A DNA stretch of 59,492 nucleotides from a virus. A program made the position numbers and the translations under genes. The stretch lies in the IMG/VR virus record IMGVR_UViG_3300044940_000188, positions 1 through 59,492 of that record; one strand, 5' to 3'. Position 1 is the first letter of the stretch. The number at the start of each line of letters is the position of its first letter. The notes below the pieces were generated by a model that worked only from the letters and a program-made list of their open reading frames with translations, was not told where the DNA came from and did not search any database. Below, piece by piece: positions 52,674 through 59,492 of this stretch.

Positions 52674-54527
52674 ATGAGAATCTTCACCATCGACTTCGAG
52701 ACGTACTACGACCAGGAGTACAGTCTCCGCAAGATGACTACCGAGGAGTACGTATGTGATCCACGTTTTGAGATCATTCTGGTCTCGGTGGCGGTGGATG
52801 ACGACCCACCGCTGACTTTTTCTGCTGACACGCTTGAGGAGTACGCGAACTTCTTGCGTGGTCTCGGTATCGAGGACGGCGCGGTACTGGCTCACAACAC
52901 GATGTTCGACGGACTGATCCTGACGGCCCGTCTTGACATCTACCCAAAGCTGTGGCTAGACACAAGGTCTATGGCGTCGGCTGTGGACAAGCCGGAGCAC
53001 AGTTCGGTCTCGCTCGACAGTTGCCTGAAACGCCGGCCGCATCTGAACATACTCAAGGGCGACTACATTCACAACATGCTCGGTGTGCACCGTCGTGACA
53101 TGAGTCCTGAGCAGTTCGACGCGTATGCCCGTTACTGCACAATCGATACTGTTGGCTGCCGGGCACTGTTCCGCGACCTGCTGCCCTCTATCCCGAAAGA
53201 AGAGCTGCGGGTCATCGACTTGACTCTGCGAATGTACCTTGAGCCGCAGCTGGAACTAGACGAAGACCTTCTGGCCCGGATTGTGGCGGACGAGGAAACA
53301 AAGAATGCTACGGCACTGGCGTCAATCGAGAAGATTCTCGGCCCCGAGGCCCAGAAGATCGTCCGATCCAATGACAAGTTCGCTGCCCTTTTGACACGCA
53401 TGGGTGTAGAGGTCCCGATGAAGTACTCCGTCGCCAAGAAGACTATGGTCCCTGCGTTGGCCAAAACCGACGAAGGGTGGACTCAGCTGTGTGACATGTA
53501 CGAGGATCATTCCACCATCGGTCCGCTGCTCAAAGTGCGCCTCAGACAGAAGTCCACTAACGTCTTGACACGTTCCAAGAGGCTGCTGGCGATTGCACAG
53601 CGGTTCAAACGCTTCCGCGTCCCGCTGGTCTACTATGCGGCCCATACTGGCCGATACGGCGGCACGGAGAAGATCAATCCCCAGAACCTGAAACGTGTTG
53701 ACAAAAAAGCTGGCCCCCTCCAAATTCGGTACGCAATTACGCCGCCGGACGATCACCTCATTATCACGGCCGATCTGGCGCAAATCGAGGCGCGCATCAA
53801 CGCCCATCTTTCCGGCGAGGATACGCTTGTGCACGCATTCGCTACTGGCGAGGACGTTTACAGCGCATTCGCTTCCAAACTGTTCGGCAGACCGATCACG
53901 AAAGCTGACCACAGCGAGAGGTTTATTGGAAAGTGCTGTATTCTTGGCCTTGGATACGGCATGGGGGGCGAGCGGCTTCGGTTGTTTCTGCTCCAGAGCG
54001 GTGTCCGTGTCGACTTGAGTACGGCCGAGCGATACGTCACTACGTATCGGAACACGTACCGAAACATTGTGAAGATGTGGACCATTGCTGAGCGAATGCT
54101 CGGCTCGATTCAGCGTGGTGATATGCTGAACTACAAGTACCTCAGCATCACGCCTCACGGCATTGGTCTGCCCAATGGCATGGTTGTGAAGTACCCCAAC
54201 CTCACTTACGGCGACACCACGAATAGCTACGTGGCGATCTACGACGGGACTGTCCGGCACCTTTGGGGTGGCATGATCGTGGAGAACGTAGTGCAGGCAC
54301 TGGCACGGACAATAATCATCCAGCATATGCTTGCCATCTACAAGGAACTCGGGCTGCGGCCAGCTCTGCAAGTGCACGACGAGCTTGTGTACGTGGTGCC
54401 TCACAAGAAGGCCCACATCCTAGCCGCCCGCATCAACACCATCATGTCCACGCCACCTGAGTGGGCACCCACCTTGCCTATCGCTGCCGAAGTAGGCATC
54501 GGGGCAAACTACGGAGACGCGAAGTGA
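52674..54527 (+). CDS. Family A DNA polymerase with a 3'-5' exonuclease domain
   Basis: Exo motifs FTIDFETYY, HNTMFDGLIL and YCTIDT. Pol motifs DLAQIEARI, RFIGKCCILGLGYGMG and QVHDELVY. ATG 52674 has GGGAGG 7 nt upstream. Confidence 0.9.
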   Translation: MRIFTIDFETYYDQEYSLRKMTTEEYVCDPRFEIILVSVAVDDDPPLTFSADTLEEYANFLRGLGIEDGAVLAHNTMFDGLILTARLDIYPKLWLDTRSMASAVDKPEHSSVSLDSCLKRRPHLNILKGDYIHNMLGVHRRDMSPEQFDAYARYCTIDTVGCRALFRDLLPSIPKEELRVIDLTLRMYLEPQLELDEDLLARIVADEETKNATALASIEKILGPEAQKIVRSNDKFAALLTRMGVEVPMKYSVAKKTMVPALAKTDEGWTQLCDMYEDHSTIGPLLKVRLRQKSTNVLTRSKRLLAIAQRFKRFRVPLVYYAAHTGRYGGTEKINPQNLKRVDKKAGPLQIRYAITPPDDHLIITADLAQIEARINAHLSGEDTLVHAFATGEDVYSAFASKLFGRPITKADHSERFIGKCCILGLGYGMGGERLRLFLLQSGVRVDLSTAERYVTTYRNTYRNIVKMWTIAERMLGSIQRGDMLNYKYLSITPHGIGLPNGMVVKYPNLTYGDTTNSYVAIYDGTVRHLWGGMIVENVVQALARTIIIQHMLAIYKELGLRPALQVHDELVYVVPHKKAHILAARINTIMSTPPEWAPTLPIAAEVGIGANYGDAK

Positions 54528-55189
54528 AGAATCCCCCATGGAGCTACTCGGCTCTATCGACGTTCGAGCAGTGCCCCAAGAAGTACTACCATCTGCGCAT
54601 TGCAAAGGACGTCAAGGATGAGGACAGCGAAGATGCAGCGGAAGGCAGGGCGGTCCACGAGGCGCTGTACGCGCGTGTTGTGAAAGGTACACCCCTCCCT
54701 CTGCCTATGCGGGTGTACGAGCGGATGGCTCTCAAGTTCATCTCTCTGCCCGGCACGAAGTCAGGCGAGCTTAAGCTGGCGCTCAACGAAAACCTTGAGC
54801 CAACCGGGTTTTTCGCCAAGGACGTCTGGGTGCGGGCAGTAGCGGACCTCGTGATCGACCATCCGAGTGGCTGCGTGATCGTTGACTGGAAGACCGGCAA
54901 GCAGAAGGACAGCTGGGACCAGCTGGTTTTGTCTGCCGCTGTGCTGGCACAGCACATGCCGGAGGCCGATAACTTCCGCTTGGTGTACGCGTGGCTTCGT
55001 GATGGTCAATGCACCGGCAGGCGGTTCACGCGTGCCGAGCTGCTTGGTACGTGGAGCGGTTACATCGAGCGGGTCAACAAGATGTACGCAGCCGGCAAGA
55101 CGACAAATTTCCCCGCCCGCAGCAGTCGCCTCTGCGGCTGGTGCCCGGTGAAGCAGTGTCCGCATTGGTTTGATAGGAGTGAACGATGA
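54524..55189 (+). CDS. PD-(D/E)XK nuclease, Cas4/RecB-like, with Cys ligands for an Fe-S cluster
   Basis: FEQCPKKYY, then DLVID...IVDWKTGK, then CGWCPVKQCPHW. GTG overlaps the polymerase stop (GTGA) and has GGAG upstream. Confidence 0.8.
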   Translation: MKNPPWSYSALSTFEQCPKKYYHLRIAKDVKDEDSEDAAEGRAVHEALYARVVKGTPLPLPMRVYERMALKFISLPGTKSGELKLALNENLEPTGFFAKDVWVRAVADLVIDHPSGCVIVDWKTGKQKDSWDQLVLSAAVLAQHMPEADNFRLVYAWLRDGQCTGRRFTRAELLGTWSGYIERVNKMYAAGKTTNFPARSSRLCGWCPVKQCPHWFDRSER

Positions 55190-55698
55190 ATGCACCAAGT
55201 TCCGGACCGATCACGACGGCAGGCAAGGGCAATACGATTAGCCCCAGTTTTTTCACGGTGGAAGATATCGCCCGATGGCTTGAAACCCTTGCACGGTTCG
55301 AGGCGACCGATCCTGACCCTTCGCCTTACGCCATCGCAGCGGACACAATACGCCAGCTGCTGGACGTCATTGACTCACTGGAGCAACGACTGGAACACGC
55401 CGCCAAAGTCCACGCGCACCAGCGAGAGCGGGCGGCGATCGAAGAAGCGTACGGTTGGGCAAAGAAAAAATATCCCTTCGGCTTGGCTGGTGTACGAGCA
55501 TTGCGCAGTCCCTCTCAGCTTGATCTTTTCAACGATCAAGTACGTACGGAAGTGCGACCCATCAGTGCTGTCCTCAATGACGGCCCGGCGGGCGTATTTC
55601 AGGACCGTATCAGTGCTGCGCAGCCCGCAGGTGTATCGCCTGCACATAACCAAGCACGGGTTACGTCTGCTGGTCCCACTACGGAGAAAACCCGATGA
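55186..55698 (+). CDS. Hypothetical 170-aa protein
   Basis: ATGA overlap with the nuclease stop and an AGGAG SD. Preferred over the out-of-frame ORF 55190-55708. Confidence 0.55.
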   Translation: MNAPSSGPITTAGKGNTISPSFFTVEDIARWLETLARFEATDPDPSPYAIAADTIRQLLDVIDSLEQRLEHAAKVHAHQRERAAIEEAYGWAKKKYPFGLAGVRALRSPSQLDLFNDQVRTEVRPISAVLNDGPAGVFQDRISAAQPAGVSPAHNQARVTSAGPTTEKTR

Positions 55699-55832
55699 AC
55701 TCGCGTGAGTTGATGGCACTATTCTTCACGTTCGCTGTTTGCTACGCTACGGTTTTAATCGTGTTCAGATTAGTGCAGGATGTGCTGAGCTGGTGGAAGA
55801 ACTTCCATGCCAAGAAAACCCGTTCTTCGTGA
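55695..55832 (+). CDS. 45-aa single-TM ORF (below the track cutoff)
   Basis: ATGA overlap and GGAG 8 nt upstream. Translation: MNSRELMALFFTFAVCYATVLIVFRLVQDVLSWWKNFHAKKTRSS. Confidence 0.4.
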   Translation: MNSRELMALFFTFAVCYATVLIVFRLVQDVLSWWKNFHAKKTRSS

Positions 55833-56058
55833 TGCGTGTGCCAAGGTCGGGCTGGCGACCAGTACGTACTGGAAGCGCCGGCGTTCAGGCATGTCTCACG
55901 AAGAAGCGCTCGCCATGCCGGTATTACCTAGCCGCGCCCGTGCCGCTTCTGCCCGTGCCGCCGTCGACAGACGCATGCAAGAAGAGGCCAAACATGAGGC
56001 CGACGTACGACTCATAAACCGAGTGCTGCGCAGTTGGAGGTTGATCCGTGACCCCTGA
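55807..56058 (+). CDS. Small HTH-like DNA-binding protein (83 aa)
   Basis: LRDACAKVGLATSTYWKRRRSGMSHEEAL resembles a helix-turn-helix. Confidence 0.55.
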   Translation: MPRKPVLRDACAKVGLATSTYWKRRRSGMSHEEALAMPVLPSRARAASARAAVDRRMQEEAKHEADVRLINRVLRSWRLIRDP

Positions 56059-56353
56059 AGGCAAAGTCAAGAAGCAGGTGAAGGCTTTGCTATCCACGTA
56101 CAAAGACCTGTACCAAGAATGGCCGGTGCCGGGCGGCTACGGCAAGTCGGGGCTTGATGCTCACTGCTGCTACCGCGGCCGGTACTTTGCGATCGAGACC
56201 AAAGCACCCGGCAAGAAGCTGACGCCGCGGCAGGAACTAGCGGCGGCCTACATCAATCAGGCCGGCGGAGCAGTGTTTGTAATAGACGGGTCCACCGAGA
56301 AGCTGGCTGAGCTGAAAGCATGGCTGGATGCTTGTGAACAACTCCCCGTCTAA
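56048..56353 (+). CDS. VRR-NUC domain nuclease
   Basis: GLDAHCCYRGRYFAIETKAPGKKLTPRQ fits the D...ExK...Q pattern. GGAGG lies 8 nt upstream of GTG 56048. Confidence 0.7.
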   Translation: MTPEGKVKKQVKALLSTYKDLYQEWPVPGGYGKSGLDAHCCYRGRYFAIETKAPGKKLTPRQELAAAYINQAGGAVFVIDGSTEKLAELKAWLDACEQLPV

Positions 56354-57869
56354 GCTCAAGATCCACAACGGCAATATCGTCGCGCCAGATCACCCGACGC
56401 TGCGTTCATTGCGAATTGGCACCCCACAGCCCGACGGCACCGTACACGTGCCGCATGAGGAGGATGCGGTGCGCCTGCTCCGCAACTTAGGGTTCGTCGT
56501 ACCGGCGCCGATCATGAGTAAGTACAAGTGGCCCGGCCCCAAGCCGTTCCGCGTGCAGCGAGTGACGGCCGCCGCTGCGACGATGAACAAGCGGCTCTAC
56601 ATCCTGTCAGAGATGGGCACCGGCAAGACGCGGGCTGCTCTGTACGCCGCTGACTACTTGCTACAGCAAGGTCTTGCCAGACGTGTGCTGGTAGCTGCCC
56701 CGCTGTCTACGCTGTCACAGGTGTGGGACCGGGAAGTGTTCGAGTTCTTCCCCCACCTAGAAGTTGCAGTGCTGCACGGGACGCGTGACAAGCGACTGCA
56801 GAAACTTGCCAGCGGTGCTTCCATCTGCGTGATCAACCACGACGGAGTGCAGACCATCCTGAAGGAACTGATCAACGCGAATTTCGACGTGATCGTTCTC
56901 GACGAAGCCTCAGTGTACCGGAACAAGCGCACCGAGCGCTGGAAAGCCATGAACGCCCTCGTGGTCAACGCACCCTACGTCTGGGCGCTTACCGGCAGCC
57001 CGGCACCCAACGCCGCCACCGATGCTTGGGGGTTGGCGCGCCTGGTAACGCCCGCCACCGTGCCGAAGCACTTCAACGCGTTTCGTGACCTGACCCAAAT
57101 CAGAGTGTCTACTTTCCGCTGGGTCAACAAACCTGACGCGATCGAGAAGGTCTACGAGGCCCTACAGCCCGCCGTCCGGTTCAAGCGGGACGACTGCGTA
57201 GAACTGCCGCCGACTACCTACATCGACCACAAGATAGACCCGTCGCCCCGGGTGGCAGAGGTGTATCGGGAGCTGAGCACAGCACTACGCAAGGAGTTCG
57301 CTGAGGGCACCGTCACCGCTGCCAACGAGGGAGTGCTGATGTCGAAGTTGTTGCAGGTGTCGACCGGCTTTGTGTACACACGTGACAAGAAAACGGTGGC
57401 ACTCGGCTGTCAGGATCGAATGGACGCACTGCAGACGTACTACTACTCCACCTCAAACAAGCTGTTGGTGTTCTGCGCATTCACGCACACGGCAGAGGCG
57501 GTGTACGAAGACATGCTCCGTCGGAAGCTGTCGGTGGCACTGGTGACGGGGTCGACGCCAAAAGCCAAGCGGGACGAAATCTTCGGGGCTTTCAACCGGG
57601 ACTCGCAGCCCCGCATGATCGTGGCCCATCCGCAGTGCATGAGCCACGGTTTGACACTTGTCGCGGCCGATACCGTGGTGTGGTTTTCCCCGGTCCCATC
57701 ACTTGAAACCTACGAGCAGGCATGTGCTAGAATTATCCGGCCGGGACAGAAGCACAAGCAGTACATTATTCACTTGCACTCTACCCCGATAGAGCGTAAG
57801 GTCTACGCTCGGCTGAAAAACAGAGCGTCGGTACAAGGCGCCTTGCTTGATTTATTCAACGACGAATGA
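56328..57869 (+). CDS. SNF2-family (SF2) helicase or translocase
   Basis: Motifs SEMGTGKTRAAL, VLDEASVYRN, LTGSPAPN and QACARIIRPGQK. Confidence 0.85.
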   Translation: MLVNNSPSKLKIHNGNIVAPDHPTLRSLRIGTPQPDGTVHVPHEEDAVRLLRNLGFVVPAPIMSKYKWPGPKPFRVQRVTAAAATMNKRLYILSEMGTGKTRAALYAADYLLQQGLARRVLVAAPLSTLSQVWDREVFEFFPHLEVAVLHGTRDKRLQKLASGASICVINHDGVQTILKELINANFDVIVLDEASVYRNKRTERWKAMNALVVNAPYVWALTGSPAPNAATDAWGLARLVTPATVPKHFNAFRDLTQIRVSTFRWVNKPDAIEKVYEALQPAVRFKRDDCVELPPTTYIDHKIDPSPRVAEVYRELSTALRKEFAEGTVTAANEGVLMSKLLQVSTGFVYTRDKKTVALGCQDRMDALQTYYYSTSNKLLVFCAFTHTAEAVYEDMLRRKLSVALVTGSTPKAKRDEIFGAFNRDSQPRMIVAHPQCMSHGLTLVAADTVVWFSPVPSLETYEQACARIIRPGQKHKQYIIHLHSTPIERKVYARLKNRASVQGALLDLFNDE

Positions 57870-57876
57870 GGCACAC

Positions 57877-58251
57877 ATGAACACACAGGAGAAAATCGAG
57901 GCCTACATCAGGCTTCGCGATTACAAGAAGCGAGCCAAGGAAGAATTCGAGAAGTCTCTCGAAAAGGTCAACGCAGCGATGGAGGTTCTCGAAAACCAGC
58001 TGCTTGCCGATCTGAACGAACTTGGCAGTGAGAGCGTACGTTCAAAGTCTGGCACCGTCTACAAGCGGGTCGAGACTTCGGTCAGCGTCGAAGACAAGGA
58101 AGCGTTCCGCGCTTTTGCCGAAGAGTACGGTCCGGAGATCATGGACATCCGTGCGAACAAAACGGTCGTCCGCGAATTGATGGAGTCCGGCGTCACTGTA
58201 CCCGGTGTGAAAATTACCTCAACTACCCTTATTGGTGTTAGGAGCAAGTAA
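57877..58251 (+). CDS. Coiled-coil 124-aa protein of the replication/recombination module
   Basis: ATG 57877 has GAGG 5 nt upstream; the track start 57847 is rejected. Confidence 0.6.
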   Translation: MNTQEKIEAYIRLRDYKKRAKEEFEKSLEKVNAAMEVLENQLLADLNELGSESVRSKSGTVYKRVETSVSVEDKEAFRAFAEEYGPEIMDIRANKTVVRELMESGVTVPGVKITSTTLIGVRSK

Positions 58252-59492
58252 GTGAGCAAGACTGTAGCCCGCAAGAATCTGGTCCCTACGGCTGAAGTGC
58301 CGGCCTACCTGCGCAACGTGATTGCGCGGACCAAGACCGAAGACTTCTCGGAGTTCACCGACGGTGTGACGTCTGGCTTTGGGATCATCAGCTACCGTGG
58401 AAAGGTGTGGCGTGTCCGCAAGGGCGGCGAGGAGCAGCAGTACCTTGACGAGAACGGCGACGCGATGCCGTCGATTGAAGTTGTGTTCATCAAGGCTAAC
58501 CGCCTGCCGTCTAAGCTGTACTACGGAGCGAAGTACGTCGAGGGCGACAACAGCCCGCCGAAGTGCTACTCCACCGACGGCGTGCGGCCAGACGTCGCTG
58601 TACTGGAACCGGTGTCCGAGTTGTGCGCCACCTGCCCGAACAACGTCTGGGGCAGCCGCATTACCGATGACGGCAAGAAGTCACGTGCTTGTCAGGACAG
58701 CCGTAGGACGGTTGTCGTCTTTTCTCACCATCTGGTTGACGCGACGCCCTACAGCCCGCCGGAAGTGTTCATGCTTCGGGTGCCGCCCGCGAGCTTGAAC
58801 CCGTTGAAAGAGTTTGTCGAGAAAATTCTCAAGCCGAAAGGTATTCCTCTGTACTCGGTCGTGGTCCGTGTCGGGTTCGACAAAGACGCGTCCTTCCCGA
58901 AGTTTACCTTCCGGGTGGTGCGGTTTGTTACCGAGGAAGAGTACGAGATCATCGAGCAGCTGCGCGCTTCTGATGAAGTGGCGCGGATCCTCACGCAGGA
59001 GGGGGCTGCCGTCGAGCAGGGCGCGGGGGGAATTACTGCAGGCAGCGAGGTAGCGTCTGGTGCACCGGCCGGGCGCCGGGCTGAAGCGACCCCTGCAGCT
59101 CCCCCCGCCTCTTCCAAGAAAGCCAAGCTGGTTCCGGTCGAGGAGGAAGTCGAGGAGGATGTCGAGGAGGATGTCGAAGAAGAGGAAAACGAGGACGACG
59201 CTTTCCCTCCACCGCCGGTGCGCGCTGCCGCCCGTGAAGCGGACGTAGAGAACGACGAAGAGGAGGCTCCACCGCCTCCTCCCAAGAAGAGGGCCAAGCC
59301 GACTCCGCCACCGGTTGTCGAGGAAGACGAAGACGACGAGGAGGAGGCTCCACCGCCTCCTCCCAAGAAGAGGGCCAAGCCGACTCCGCCACCGGTTGTC
59401 GAGGAAGACGAAGACGACGAGGAGGAGGCTCCACCGCCTCCTCCCAAGAAGAGGGCCAAGCCGACTCCGCCACCGGTTGTCGAGGAAGACGA
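58252..59492 (+). CDS. SSB-like protein with a Cys4 motif and a long acidic/Pro/Lys repeat tail. Runs off the window and finishes at 224 (445 aa in the closed circle)
   Basis: GTG 58252 has GGAG 7 nt upstream. The frame is open to the window end. Contains CYSTDG...CATCPNN...ACQD. Not in the ORF track because it has no in-window stop. Confidence 0.7.
   Translation, partial: MSKTVARKNLVPTAEVPAYLRNVIARTKTEDFSEFTDGVTSGFGIISYRGKVWRVRKGGEEQQYLDENGDAMPSIEVVFIKANRLPSKLYYGAKYVEGDNSPPKCYSTDGVRPDVAVLEPVSELCATCPNNVWGSRITDDGKKSRACQDSRRTVVVFSHHLVDATPYSPPEVFMLRVPPASLNPLKEFVEKILKPKGIPLYSVVVRVGFDKDASFPKFTFRVVRFVTEEEYEIIEQLRASDEVARILTQEGAAVEQGAGGITAGSEVASGAPAGRRAEATPAAPPASSKKAKLVPVEEEVEEDVEEDVEEEENEDDAFPPPPVRAAAREADVENDEEEAPPPPPKKRAKPTPPPVVEEDEDDEEEAPPPPPKKRAKPTPPPVVEEDEDDEEEAPPPPPKKRAKPTPPPVVEED
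59284..59492 (+). repeat. Perfect 81-bp coding tandem repeat: 2 full units (59284-59364, 59365-59445) and a 47-nt partial unit that continues at the window start
   Basis: Period 81 verified by position (59284, 59365, 59446). Confidence 0.9.

Noticed and set aside
55190-55708. 172-aa ORF offset by one frame from 55186-55698
   Set aside because: It is Arg/Ser-rich, and its ATG is not coupled to the upstream stop. The 55186 frame has an ATGA overlap plus an AGGAG SD.
59257-59492. 81-bp repeats as a CRISPR-like array
   Set aside because: The units are contiguous with no spacers, are in frame within a protein-coding ORF, and encode a repeated peptide.

Overview
The window is an essentially complete, very gene-dense genome of a tailed dsDNA bacteriophage, roughly 60% GC by eye. 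Nt 1-127 are identical to nt 59366-59492, so the contig closes on itself with about 59,365 bp of unique sequence. One gene (58252 -> 224) wraps the junction in frame. There are two divergent transcription blocks.

(1) The minus-strand late block runs 43400 -> 3324. In order it encodes:
- a ribbon-helix-helix regulator and two small ORFs;
- a tightly coupled cluster of one methyltransferase and four glycosyltransferases;
- a fibre-like protein, TerL, portal, small proteins, scaffold and major capsid protein (followed by an intrinsic terminator);
- adaptor and tail proteins, and three tail-fibre genes that share an N-terminal module;
- an endolysin, holin and embedded-spanin lysis cassette, then a GNAT acetyltransferase;
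- two large virion or ejection-type proteins and a 3413-aa polyvalent-type giant protein;
- a terminal accessory set: metallophosphoesterase, HExxH peptidase, membrane protein, DUF5664-like protein and HNH.

(2) The plus-strand early/replication block runs 43683 -> 3323. It encodes small ORFans, a MoxR/CobS-like AAA+ ATPase, an acidic-linker protein, a VWA/metallopeptidase protein and two lower-GC ORFans. These are followed by DNA polymerase A, a Cas4-like nuclease, VRR-NUC, an SNF2 helicase, an SSB-like repeat protein and a primase-helicase.

A single small-terminase-like gene lies on the opposite strand between TerL and portal. I saw no integrase, repressor, tRNA, rRNA or CRISPR array, and no tail tube, sheath or tape-measure set, which suggests a virulent podovirus-like phage.

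The strongest non-obvious signals are:
- a perfect palindrome TTACAA-N3-TTGTAA present 7 times, only in the early block, and 4 times immediately upstream of intrinsic terminators;
- a 400-bp AT-rich island with five CTATAAATA repeats nested in inverted repeats;
- the phage-borne glycosylation cluster;
- the giant zincin plus PLxRFG-like protein;
- perfect 81-bp coding tandem repeats at the contig junction.

All functional calls come from motif recognition by eye; no database search was possible.
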